Assembly (NCBI GenBank): GCA_943367555.1
Contig: CALRJN020000012.1
Location: forward strand, 12,335-76,334
Reading direction: 5' to 3'
DNA: 64,000 bases
From: Synechococcus sp. UW140
GTDB taxonomy: Bacteria; Actinomycetota; Actinomycetes; Actinomycetales; Microbacteriaceae
Under the pieces are notes generated by a model. It ran no database searches, was not told the origin of the DNA, and was given only the letters and a program-made list of their open reading frames with translations. Position numbers and translations under genes: made by a program. Shown in pieces: positions 44,202 to 53,181 of this stretch. Positions within the stretch are counted from its first letter, which is position 1. Each line of letters begins with the position of its first letter.

Positions 44202-44280
44202 CAGGGTGTCAAAGATTTCTGACATCCCTACGAGCATCGGAGAGCACCGTGACCAACCACCAGGCCCGTGAGGCCACATC

Positions 44281-45240
44281 ATGAGGGCGGCCGTCGCCCG
44301 AGCGTACGGCGGACCGGAGGTCGTCGTGATCGAGTCCCGTCCCGACCCCGTGCCGAAGCCCGACGAGGTGCTCGTGCGCATCATGGCCACGCCGATCGGC
44401 GCATCCGAGAGCGCGGGGCGGCTGGGCGAGCCGGCCTTCGCCCGGCTGTTCTTCGGGCTGCGGCGCCCTCGGCTCCCCGTGCTTGGCTCGGGTTTCGCGG
44501 GAACGATCATCGGACTCGGCGCCGACGTCACCGAGTTCGAGATCGGTGACCGGGTCTATGGGTCGACCGGCGCCGCCATGGGGGCGCATGCCGAACTCAT
44601 CGCGGTGAAAGAGAGCAGTTCGATCGCCCTTCTTCCGGATGCCGTCTCCTTCGTGGACGCGGTCGGCCTCACGGATGGTGGCCTCACCGCCTTGCCCTTC
44701 CTGCGCGACACCGGCCGCCTCGCGCCGGGCCAGCGGCTTATCGTCAACGGCGCCTCGGGTGCCGTCGGGTCCGCCGCGGTGCAGCTGGGGCGGCACTTCG
44801 GCGCCACGGTCACCGCCGTCACGAGCACACCCAACGTGGACGTCGTGCGTGCTCTCGGGGCACACGAGGTGATCGACTACACGGTCGAGGACTTCACGCT
44901 GTCACCCCAGCGCTGGGATGTCGTGTTCGACGCCGTCGGCCTGAGCAGCTTCGCGCGTGCTCGGCGCGTGCTGACCCCCACCGGAATCTTCATGTCGACC
45001 GTTCCCGGCGTGATCATGCTCCAGGCGCTGTTCAGCAAGCGGGCCGCGATCGCGTTCACGGGACTGCGGTCGCACGCCGCGGTGCGTCCCGATCTGGTCG
45101 AGCTCGCTCGCCTGGCCGCCGACGGAGTGATCGACCCGCTCATCGACTCGCAGTACCCTCTGGGCGAGATCGCGCCCGCCTACGCCCGAGTCGACTCGAA
45201 GCGCAAGGTCGGCACGGTCGTGCTCGAGCCGCAGGTCTGA
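44281..45240 (+). CDS. NADPH:quinone oxidoreductase / zinc-type alcohol dehydrogenase superfamily (MDR) protein
   Basis: MRAAVARAYGGPEVVVIESRPDPVPKPDEVLVRI, LIVNGASGAVGSAAVQL. Confidence 0.8.
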   Translation: MRAAVARAYGGPEVVVIESRPDPVPKPDEVLVRIMATPIGASESAGRLGEPAFARLFFGLRRPRLPVLGSGFAGTIIGLGADVTEFEIGDRVYGSTGAAMGAHAELIAVKESSSIALLPDAVSFVDAVGLTDGGLTALPFLRDTGRLAPGQRLIVNGASGAVGSAAVQLGRHFGATVTAVTSTPNVDVVRALGAHEVIDYTVEDFTLSPQRWDVVFDAVGLSSFARARRVLTPTGIFMSTVPGVIMLQALFSKRAAIAFTGLRSHAAVRPDLVELARLAADGVIDPLIDSQYPLGEIAPAYARVDSKRKVGTVVLEPQV

Positions 45241-45255
45241 CCCGGCCGGCCCGGG

Positions 45256-45894
45256 TCAGCGGCGGTACTCGAGCCAGCGGGCGCAGAGCTCCCGCCAGGC
45301 CTCCGCCGGCAGTCCCTCGGCGAAGCCGAGTCCGTGCGCGCCCCGTTCGAACGCGTGATACTCGTGCCGCACTCCCGCGCGCGACAGGGCCGCCACGAGC
45401 GCGTCGGAGTGGTCGGCGACGGCGACCGAGGCATCCTCGCCCGTCGTCCAGACGAACATCGGCGGGGAGGCCGGAGTGACCAAGCGCTCGAGCGAGGTCG
45501 CGCGCTTGGCCCGCCGGCTCGGCCGCGGACCCAGCAGCTGGTCGCGCGACCCGCGATGGGTCTCGGCGAGCATCGTCACCACCGGGTAGCACAGCACGGC
45601 GAAGTCGGGCCTGACGGGCGCGTCCGGAACGAGGGCCGCGTGACCGGCCAGGTGGCCGCCCGCCGAGAACCCCAGCACGCCGACGATGGCGGTGCCAGCG
45701 GACCGCTCGAGGGCGATCTCGCGCTGCACGGCATCCAACGGGCCCGGATGCCGCGTCTGCACGGGATACTCGACGACCCGCGCTCGCCACCCGAGTCCCC
45801 GCAACCACTGCGCCACGGGCTCGCCCTCGTGCGGGGCGAGGCGGGAGTAACCCCCGCCCGGGAGCACGAGGATGATCGGCGAGTTCTCGGCCAT
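45256..45894 (-). CDS. alpha/beta hydrolase (esterase)
   Basis: ILVLPGGGY, nucleophile elbow GFSAGGH, C-terminal His region. Confidence 0.7.
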   Translation of the reverse strand: MAENSPIILVLPGGGYSRLAPHEGEPVAQWLRGLGWRARVVEYPVQTRHPGPLDAVQREIALERSAGTAIVGVLGFSAGGHLAGHAALVPDAPVRPDFAVLCYPVVTMLAETHRGSRDQLLGPRPSRRAKRATSLERLVTPASPPMFVWTTGEDASVAVADHSDALVAALSRAGVRHEYHAFERGAHGLGFAEGLPAEAWRELCARWLEYRR

Positions 45895-45936
45895 GACTCG
45901 ATCCTAGGGATGCCCCGACGGGCCTAGGCTCGGGGC

Positions 45937-47331
45937 GTGCCAGAATCGACCCGCCCGCCCCGCCGCCTCTCCCGTGTGATCGGGTCCGGCCCCGTCCTCC
46001 TTCTCGCGTTCGCCTTCGCGGTCATGGCCGACCCGGTGTCGTCGGTGGCCTACGCGGTGGAGGCGGCCCTGCGGGCGCTCGACGGCGACCTCGGTCTGCT
46101 CGTCCCCACGATGGTGCTCGTCGTGGCGATCATCGCGATGGTGATCATCAACTACCAGCAGCTCGTGCGCCGCTACCCGAACGGCGGCGGGGACTCGGCG
46201 GCGGTGGGCGAGGCGTTCGGCGACGGCTTCTCGTTCATCCCGATCGGCGCCCTGATCGTCGACTTCGTGCTGACGATCGCGATCAGCGTCGCCGCGGGCG
46301 CGTCAGCGATTATCGCCTACTTCCCCGGCCTCGCGCCGTACCGCCTGGTCGTCGCCCTCGTGCTCGTGCTCATCGTCGCGGGCATCACCTGGTTCGGGCA
46401 CCTCGGTCGGGTGGTGTTCGCTCTCATGACCGTCGGCTTCGTCCTCGTCGCCGCCGTCGTGCTGATCTACGGCATCGGAGCGCCGCCGGCCGAGCTCGGC
46501 ACCATCACCTCCACCCCACCGCAGGGGTCGCTGCTCGCGATCGCCTTCGCGTTCCCCGTGGCGATGGCTCTGGCGACCGGCGTCGAGGCGCCGTCCTCGG
46601 CGATCGCGCAGCTGGGCGGACTTGACGACGACAAGCGCCGGATGTTCGGCCGCGTCACCCTGTGGATGACGCTCGGCATCGTCGGCACGATCACGATCGG
46701 TCTCGCCGTCGAGGCCGCGGTGCTGCGCATCGGCGTCCCGGGAACGGACAGCACCCTTATCGCCGAGCTGGCGCGTCACGTGGCTCCCGGTCCGGTCTTC
46801 GCCGCGTTCCAGCTGGTCACGACACTGCTGCTGCTCGCCGCGGCGAGCTCGTCGTTCCAGGCCGGCCCGGGCCTGCTCAAGGCCTTCGCCCGCGACCGGT
46901 CCGGCGCCAACCCGTTCGGCATCCTGCACCACGCCTTCGGCGCGACCAACTCGCGCCACACGCCCTACTGGGGCGTCGTGCTGTTCGCGGTGCTCGCGAT
47001 GGTCATCGTCGCGATCGCCGGCGGCAACGATCAGGAGCTCGTGCTGTTCTACGCGGTCGCGGTCTTTCTCAGCTTCTTCGCCGGCATGCTCGCGCTCGCC
47101 GTGTTCAACTTCCGCGCGAAGCGCTGGGGCACGTTCTCCCTCAATGTCATCGGCGCCGTCGTCGTCGGGTTCACTCTCGTGGTCAACCTCAGCCGCGGCT
47201 ATCCGCTCGTGAGTCTGGCCGCGGCCCTCGCGGTGGGAGGACTGCTCTTCGTGCTCTGGGTGCGCGCCGGGCGCCCGAGCGGCGTGCGCAACATCGAAGC
47301 CGCAGCCGAGGCCGACGCCGAGCAGCTCTGA
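45937..47331 (+). CDS. APC superfamily permease
   Basis: 464 aa with ~12 TM. The N-terminal pattern SGPVLLLAFAFAVMADPVSSVAYAVE is seen in actinobacterial APC-family permeases. Confidence 0.6.
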   Translation: MPESTRPPRRLSRVIGSGPVLLLAFAFAVMADPVSSVAYAVEAALRALDGDLGLLVPTMVLVVAIIAMVIINYQQLVRRYPNGGGDSAAVGEAFGDGFSFIPIGALIVDFVLTIAISVAAGASAIIAYFPGLAPYRLVVALVLVLIVAGITWFGHLGRVVFALMTVGFVLVAAVVLIYGIGAPPAELGTITSTPPQGSLLAIAFAFPVAMALATGVEAPSSAIAQLGGLDDDKRRMFGRVTLWMTLGIVGTITIGLAVEAAVLRIGVPGTDSTLIAELARHVAPGPVFAAFQLVTTLLLLAAASSSFQAGPGLLKAFARDRSGANPFGILHHAFGATNSRHTPYWGVVLFAVLAMVIVAIAGGNDQELVLFYAVAVFLSFFAGMLALAVFNFRAKRWGTFSLNVIGAVVVGFTLVVNLSRGYPLVSLAAALAVGGLLFVLWVRAGRPSGVRNIEAAAEADAEQL

Positions 47332-47385
47332 CGCACGCCAGCGCCCTGAAACACCCACGCAACATCGCGGGCCTAGGCTCTCACC

Positions 47386-49014
47386 ATGGCTGACCTGTTC
47401 GATGGCTACGGCGCCACTGCCACGAAGAGCACGGCCACGCCCGCGTGGGACGAGATGTTCTCCGAACCGGGCACCGCCCGCAGCTCCTACAAGGAGATCC
47501 ACGCGGCCCTCGCGCAGATGACGCAGGACGAGCTGCGCGGGCGCACCGACGCCCTCGCGAGCTCCTACCTGGCCCAGGGCGTCACGTTCGACTTCGCCGG
47601 CGAGGAGCGCCCCTTCCCGCTGGATGCCGTGCCGCGCGTGATCGACCAGGCCGAGTGGGTCACCGTGGAGGCCGGCATCAAGCAGCGGGTGCGCGCGCTC
47701 GAGGCGTTCCTCGCCGACATCTACGGCGACCAGGCCGCGGTCAAGGACGGCGTCATCCCGGCCAAGCTCGTCACCTCCTCCAGCCACTTCCACCGGGAGG
47801 CCGCGGGCATCGAGCCGGCCAACGGGGTGCGCATCCAGGTGAGCGGCATCGACCTCATCCGCGACGAGGCCGGCACCTGGCGGGTGCTCGAAGACAACGT
47901 GCGCGTGCCGAGCGGCGTGAGCTACGTCATCTCCAACCGCCGCGTCATGGCGCAGACCCTGCCCGAGCTGTTCGTGTCGATGCGGGTGCGTCCGGTGGGC
48001 GACTACCCGCACAAGCTCCTCCAGGCGCTCCGGGCGTCCGCCCCCGGCAACGTCGAGGACCCCACGGTCGTCGTGCTCACCCCCGGCGTCTACAACTCGG
48101 CGTACTTCGAGCACACCCTGCTCGCCCGACTCATGGGCGTCGAGCTCGTCGAGGGCCGCGACCTGTTCTGCTCCGGCGGGCGGGTGTGGATGCGCACGAC
48201 CGCCGGCCCCACGCGCGTCGACGTGATCTACCGGCGGGTCGACGACGAGTTCCTCGATCCGCTGCAGTTCCGCGCCGACTCGATGCTCGGCAGTCCGGGC
48301 CTGCTGCTCGCCGCACGATTGGGCAACGTGACGATCGCCAACGCGGTCGGCAACGGGGTCGCCGACGACAAGCTCGTCTACACCTATCTGCCCGACCTCA
48401 CGAAGTACTACCTCGGCGAGGACCAGCTCCTGCCCAACGTGCAGACCTGGCGGCTCGAAGATCCCGGCGCGCTCGAGGAGGTGCTCGACCGGCTCGCCGA
48501 GCTCGTGGTCAAGCCCGTCGACGGCTCGGGCGGCAAGGGTCTCGTGATCGGACCAGCGGCGTCGAAGGACGAGCTCACCGCCCTCAAGGGGCGCCTCCTG
48601 CGCGACCCCCGCGGCTGGATCGCTCAGCCCGTCGTGCAGCTCTCCACGATCCCCACGCTTGTCGACGAGGGGATGCGCCCGCGGCACGCCGACCTTCGTC
48701 CCTTCGCGGTCAACGACGGCCACGACATCTGGGTGCTCCCCGGCGGACTCACGCGGGTCGCGCTGCCCGAGGGCGAACTCGTCGTCAACAGCTCGCAGGG
48801 CGGCGGCTCGAAGGACACCTGGGTGGTCGGACAGGACCCGCTCACGGTGACGCGCCACAGCATCCAGGGCCTCGTCGCCGGGCAGGCCGCCGCGACGCAG
48901 GCGATCCCGATCATCACCGCCGAGCACCACCTGCAGGACCACGCTCCGCAGGACCGCCCGTTCGGGCACGGGCAGCAGGAGCAGCAGCAGCAAACGAAGG
49001 ACTCGGCATGCTGA
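47386..49014 (+). CDS. circularly permuted type 2 ATP-grasp protein
   Basis: 542 aa. AWDEMF...SYKEIHAAL..., GVTFDF...ERPFPLD.VPRVI...EW, VLEDN.RVPSGVSYV, NAVGNGVADDK, VVKPVDGSGGKG: the CP_ATPgrasp_2 pattern. Confidence 0.85.
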   Translation: MADLFDGYGATATKSTATPAWDEMFSEPGTARSSYKEIHAALAQMTQDELRGRTDALASSYLAQGVTFDFAGEERPFPLDAVPRVIDQAEWVTVEAGIKQRVRALEAFLADIYGDQAAVKDGVIPAKLVTSSSHFHREAAGIEPANGVRIQVSGIDLIRDEAGTWRVLEDNVRVPSGVSYVISNRRVMAQTLPELFVSMRVRPVGDYPHKLLQALRASAPGNVEDPTVVVLTPGVYNSAYFEHTLLARLMGVELVEGRDLFCSGGRVWMRTTAGPTRVDVIYRRVDDEFLDPLQFRADSMLGSPGLLLAARLGNVTIANAVGNGVADDKLVYTYLPDLTKYYLGEDQLLPNVQTWRLEDPGALEEVLDRLAELVVKPVDGSGGKGLVIGPAASKDELTALKGRLLRDPRGWIAQPVVQLSTIPTLVDEGMRPRHADLRPFAVNDGHDIWVLPGGLTRVALPEGELVVNSSQGGGSKDTWVVGQDPLTVTRHSIQGLVAGQAAATQAIPIITAEHHLQDHAPQDRPFGHGQQEQQQQTKDSAC

Positions 49015-49937
49015 GCCGCATCGCCGAGTCGCTCTTCTGGATCGGTCGCTACATCGAGCGCTCCGACGGCACTGCTCGCATCCTCGACGTGCACCTCCAG
49101 CTGCTGCTCGAGGACCCGTGGATCGAGGAGGACCTCGCCTGCCGGTCCCTGCTCAGCGTCATGGGCAGCGAGGCGCCCGAGGATGCGGTGCTCACCCGCC
49201 AGGACATCCTCGCCATCCTCGCCGTGGACCGCAGCGAGCCGGCATCCATCGCCTACTCGCTGGGCGCCGCCCGCGAGAACGCCCGGCGCGCGCGTGAGAT
49301 CGTCTCGACCGAGCTCTGGGAGTGTCTCAACACCACGCGCGCCCGGATGCCCCGCAAGGTGTCGAGCGACAAGGTGCACGAGTTTTTCGGCTGGGTTCGA
49401 GAGCGCTCGGCGCTTGCCGTGGGCATCATCGAGTCGGCGACGAGTCGGGATGAGGCGTGGCAGTTCTTCACCCTCGGCCGCTCCATCGAGCGGGCGGACA
49501 TGACCGCGCGGCTGCTCGCGACCCGCAGCCTCACCGAGGCATCCGGCCCGAGCTGGACGACGATCCTGCGCTCGTGCGGCGCCTACGAGGCCTACTTGCG
49601 CACCTACCGCGGCGTGCCGAGCGCGCGCAACGCGGCGGAGTTCCTGCTGCTCGATCGGCTGTTCCCGCGCAGCATCCTGTTCTCCGTCTCGCGCGCGGAG
49701 CAGTGCATGCGCGACATCGAGCCGCGCGCCGAGCGGGTCGGCGTCTCCGACCCGTCGCAGCGGCTGCTCGGGCAGATCCGCAGCGAGCTGGAGTACCGCC
49801 CGATCGCGGAGATCCTCGAGGACCTGACGATGCACATGGACAACGTGCAGGCCGCCACGAGCGCCGCGTCGGAGGCGATCCGCCAGCGGTACTTCCCCAC
49901 GCAGGTGGCGCCGAGCTGGGTGGGGGAGACCTCGTGA
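49008..49937 (+). CDS. alpha-E domain-containing protein
   Basis: ATG 49008 overlaps the ATP-grasp stop (49012..49014). MLSRIAESLFWIGRYIERSDGTARILDV is the hallmark N-terminus of the alpha-E family. Confidence 0.8.
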   Translation: MLSRIAESLFWIGRYIERSDGTARILDVHLQLLLEDPWIEEDLACRSLLSVMGSEAPEDAVLTRQDILAILAVDRSEPASIAYSLGAARENARRAREIVSTELWECLNTTRARMPRKVSSDKVHEFFGWVRERSALAVGIIESATSRDEAWQFFTLGRSIERADMTARLLATRSLTEASGPSWTTILRSCGAYEAYLRTYRGVPSARNAAEFLLLDRLFPRSILFSVSRAEQCMRDIEPRAERVGVSDPSQRLLGQIRSELEYRPIAEILEDLTMHMDNVQAATSAASEAIRQRYFPTQVAPSWVGETS

Positions 49938-50782
49938 ACCGCCTGCGCATCAAGCACTCCACGGGCTTCCACTACGGCGGCGACGTGACCGCCTCGTACA
50001 ACGAGGCCCGGATGCTCCCGGTGAGCGCCGACGGTCAGCTCGTGCTCTACTCCAACCTCGACATCCTGCCGATCTCGAGCCACCACAACTACGTGGACTA
50101 CTGGGGCTCGCGCGTCTCGTCGTTCGAGATCCTCACCCCGCACCGGGAGCTCTCGCTCACGGCGACGAGCCTCGTGGAGGTGCGGCCCCGCGCCCACGAG
50201 GTCGACAGCCTCGACTGGGATGCCCTGGCCGACGCCGCGGAGGCCCTCACCGAGACCGTGGAGATGCGCGGCCAGACCCGCCGCACGGCGCCGCCGAACG
50301 AGGTGCAGGACCTCGCCCGGGACATCGCGAACTCGACTGCCGACTCGTGTGCGGCCGCCCTCGAGATCGCCCGGGCGATCGGCAATGCGGTCGAGTACGT
50401 GCAGGGGGTGACCGGCGTGCACTCCACGGCGAAGGAGGCGTGGGAGGGCCGCAAGGGCGTCTGCCAGGACATCGCGCATCTCGCCCTCGGCGCGCTGCGC
50501 TCGGTCGGCATCCCCGCCCGCTATGTCTCGGGCTACCTGCATCCCAAGCCGAACGCCGCGATCGGCGAGACCGTCACCGGGGAGTCGCACGCCTGGGTGG
50601 AGTGGTTCTGCGGTGGCGAGTGGCGAGGCTACGACCCCACCAACCTCATCGAGATCGGCGACCGTCATGTGCTCGTCGGTCGCGGCCGCGACTACAACGA
50701 CGTGCCCCCGCTGCGCGGCGTCTACGCGGGCCCGTTCGGCTCGGAGCTCTTCGTCAAGGTGGAGATCACGCGCGAGGCGTAA
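49934..50782 (+). CDS. transglutaminase-like cysteine peptidase family protein
   Basis: GTG 49934 overlaps the alpha-E TGA (GTGA). N-terminal Bact_transglu_N-like region, then the catalytic triad context GVCQDIAHL (Cys), SHAWVEW (His), GYDPTN (Asp). Confidence 0.85.
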   Translation: MNRLRIKHSTGFHYGGDVTASYNEARMLPVSADGQLVLYSNLDILPISSHHNYVDYWGSRVSSFEILTPHRELSLTATSLVEVRPRAHEVDSLDWDALADAAEALTETVEMRGQTRRTAPPNEVQDLARDIANSTADSCAAALEIARAIGNAVEYVQGVTGVHSTAKEAWEGRKGVCQDIAHLALGALRSVGIPARYVSGYLHPKPNAAIGETVTGESHAWVEWFCGGEWRGYDPTNLIEIGDRHVLVGRGRDYNDVPPLRGVYAGPFGSELFVKVEITREA

Positions 50783-50805
50783 GACGTCTGTCTTACACTG
50801 GCGGC

Positions 50806-51036
50806 ATGACCGTCGTGAACTTCCGCACGGATGACGCCGCCGATCGTGCGCTCGAGCAGTTGACGGCGGACGGCACGTCGGTCTCCGCAGCGATCCGCCA
50901 GGCGCTCCTCGACTCGGTGACCCTGCGGGCCCGAGCCCGGATGCGCGAGGAGTCGGCCCGGCTTGTGGATGACGCGGCTGACCTGGCGGAGAGCCGTGCC
51001 ATCCTCGCCCACATGGATGAGCTGCGTGCGCGGTGA
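50806..51036 (+). CDS. type II antitoxin (MazE/RHH-like)
   Basis: 76 aa: MTVVNFRTDDAADRALEQL...AAIRQALLD. Overlaps the downstream PemK/MazF-like gene. Confidence 0.5.
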   Translation: MTVVNFRTDDAADRALEQLTADGTSVSAAIRQALLDSVTLRARARMREESARLVDDAADLAESRAILAHMDELRAR

Positions 51037-51340
51037 CATCGTCGAGTTGCGTGCTCCTCGCGGGGTGCGCGGCCATGAGCAGGCCGGCGCACGCTACGCC
51101 GTGGTACTGCAGTCCGACGATCTGACGCTCTCGACGCTCCTGATCGCTCCGACCTCACGGTCGGCTCGGGCCACCACCTTCCGTCCCACGATCACGGTGG
51201 CGGGGGAGACCACGCAGGTGCTCGTGGAGCAGACCGCCGCGGTCGACCCGACCCGACTGGGTCGCACGGTCGCGGTCGTCACGCGATCCGAGCTCGACGC
51301 GATCGGAGCGGCCCTGCGCCTCGTGCTCGAACTGGACTGA
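51017..51340 (+). CDS. mazF: type II toxin, PemK/MazF family endoribonuclease
   Basis: RGDIVEL..P.GVRGHEQAGARYAVVLQSD....STLLIAPTS......FRP...V.G....VLVEQTAAVDPTRL is the MazF signature. Start is ATG 51017 or GTG 51026. Confidence 0.7.
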   Translation: MSCVRGDIVELRAPRGVRGHEQAGARYAVVLQSDDLTLSTLLIAPTSRSARATTFRPTITVAGETTQVLVEQTAAVDPTRLGRTVAVVTRSELDAIGAALRLVLELD

Positions 51341-51345
51341 TCAGC

Positions 51346-52677
51346 TCAGCTCGTGCGCTGCGCCGTGGACTGCACGATCGCGATCTCCTGGGTCGCAAGC
51401 TCGCGGTCGGCGGTCTCGTCGTGGGTGAAGCGCAGGCGCAGGCCGAAGCGGGAGTCCGGGATGCGGCCGACCCGCATCCCGCGCCGGGAGACGAGCCACG
51501 CGACGGCGAGGCCCGCGGCGACGATGCCGGAAGCCGCACCGATCCCGAGCGCCCAGCGCGGCCCGAGGGTGTTCGCCACGGCTCCGACGATCGGGGCGCC
51601 GATCGGAGTGCCCCCGGCGAACAGCGCGAGGTAGAGGGCCATGACCCGCCCGCGCACGGCCGGGTCGGTGGTGGTCTGCACGTACGCGTTGGCCGTGTTC
51701 ATCATCGTGAGCGAGCTCGCGCCCACGAACACGAGCGCGATGCCGAACACGAGTTGGCTCGGCGCGAGCGCGGCGAACACGCACGCGGCACCGAAGGCCG
51801 CGGCGGCTCCGACGATGAGGCCGACCCGCGCACGCTCCCGTCGGGCCGCGAGCAGCGACCCCGTGAGGGCACCGACCGCGACGACCGACGAGAGCACCCC
51901 GAACTCGGTGGCCCCGCCGCCGAACTCCACGGTGGACATGGTCGAGATGAAGACCGGGAAGTTGAATCCGAAGGTGCCGACGAGGAAGACCATGACGAGC
52001 ACGATGACGATGTCCGGTCGCGAGCGCACGTACCGCAGGCCGTCACGGATCTGTCCCCGGGCTCGCACGAGGCGCGGCGCGGCGACCAGACGGCTCGGCC
52101 GGATGAAGAACAACGACAGCAGAACGGCGGCGAACGAGGCGCCGTTGATGAAGAACACCGGGCCCGCGCCGATCGCCGCGACGAGCACGCCGGCGACCGC
52201 CGGGCCGACCAGGCGTGCGCCCTGGAACGAGATCGAGTTCAGCGCGACCGCGTTGGGAAGGTCCGGGTCGGTGACGAGCTCGGAGACGAAGGCCTGCCGC
52301 ACGGGGGCATCGATCGCCGTGGCGATGCCGAGCAGAAGCGCGAACGCGTAGACCCACCAGAGGGTGGCGAGCCCCGTGACGATGAGGATGCCGAGGCCGA
52401 TCGCGAGCGCGAACTGGGCCGCCTGCGTCCACATCAGCACGCGGCGCCGGTCGAACCGGTCGGCGATGAGTCCGGCGACGGGCATGAGCGCCAGGAGCGG
52501 CCCGAACTGGAGGGCCATGGTGATGCCGAGCGCCGCGGCATCCCCGTCGGTGAGGTCGGTGAGTACGATCCAGTCCTGGGCGGTGCGCTGCATCCACGCC
52601 CCGGTGTTGGAGATGAGGGCGCCCGCGAACCAGAGCCGGTAGTTGGCGACCCGCAAAGACCGGAACATCGCGCTCAC
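51346..52677 (-). CDS. MFS transporter (EntS/MFS_3-like exporter)
   Basis: FRSLRVANYRLWFAGALISNTGAWMQ..AQDWIVL, GLIADRFDRRRVL. Start overlaps the MarR stop by 4 nt. Confidence 0.85.
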   Translation of the reverse strand: MSAMFRSLRVANYRLWFAGALISNTGAWMQRTAQDWIVLTDLTDGDAAALGITMALQFGPLLALMPVAGLIADRFDRRRVLMWTQAAQFALAIGLGILIVTGLATLWWVYAFALLLGIATAIDAPVRQAFVSELVTDPDLPNAVALNSISFQGARLVGPAVAGVLVAAIGAGPVFFINGASFAAVLLSLFFIRPSRLVAAPRLVRARGQIRDGLRYVRSRPDIVIVLVMVFLVGTFGFNFPVFISTMSTVEFGGGATEFGVLSSVVAVGALTGSLLAARRERARVGLIVGAAAAFGAACVFAALAPSQLVFGIALVFVGASSLTMMNTANAYVQTTTDPAVRGRVMALYLALFAGGTPIGAPIVGAVANTLGPRWALGIGAASGIVAAGLAVAWLVSRRGMRVGRIPDSRFGLRLRFTHDETADRELATQEIAIVQSTAQRTS

Positions 52678-53111
52678 GAGTCGGCCAGCCGGTGGAGGAT
52701 CGGGGCCGCCGCATCGAGGGCGGCGCGCTCCTCGGGCGGGAGCGAGGCGAGCTGGCGTGCGAACCAGGCGGCCCGGCGACGCGTGGTTTCGGTGACGATC
52801 GCGCGGCCCGCCTCGGTGAGGCTCACCTGAACCTTGCGGCCGTCATCGGGGGCCGTCTCCCGGGTCACGAGGCCGGAGGCGACCAGCGCGTTGACCGTGC
52901 GGTTCATCGAGGGCGCGGTGATCCGCTCGAAGTCGCTGAGGGCGCCGAGGGTCTGCGGCCCGTGCTTGGCGAGCACGAACAGCGCCGACAACTGCCCGTC
53001 GGTCACATCGCCGTCGACGCGCTCGAGGCGCATCCGGCGGCCCAGGCGCAGCACGGCCATGCGCAGTTGGTCGTCCAGCTCGTCGGTCACAATCGTTAGC
53101 CTAGCAAACAA
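52674..53111 (-). CDS. MarR family transcriptional regulator
   Basis: TTG start. GQLSALFVLAKHGPQTLGALSDFERITAPSMNRTVNALVASGLVTRE wHTH. Confidence 0.8.
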   Translation of the reverse strand: MFARLTIVTDELDDQLRMAVLRLGRRMRLERVDGDVTDGQLSALFVLAKHGPQTLGALSDFERITAPSMNRTVNALVASGLVTRETAPDDGRKVQVSLTEAGRAIVTETTRRRAAWFARQLASLPPEERAALDAAAPILHRLADS

Positions 53112-53142
53112 TTAGGATTGCTAATCAATTGAGGGAAGAAGA

Positions 53143-53172
53143 GGGCGAGGGCCGGCGAACCGGCCCTCGCCC
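53143..53172 (-). terminator. intrinsic terminator of the rhodopsin gene
   Basis: 13-bp perfect stem gggcgagggccgg / ccggccctcgccc with a 4-nt loop, 10 nt past the TAA. On the minus strand it is followed by TCTTCTTCCCTC. Confidence 0.7.
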
Positions 53173-53181
53173 CGTGAGCAG

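Noticed and set aside
48972-48993. CAG/CAA trinucleotide run (gcagcaggagcagcagcagcaa) as a contingency locus
   Set aside because: It is short and in-frame, so slippage would only change the length of the Gln-rich C-terminal tail of the ATP-grasp protein. There is no evidence of phase variation.
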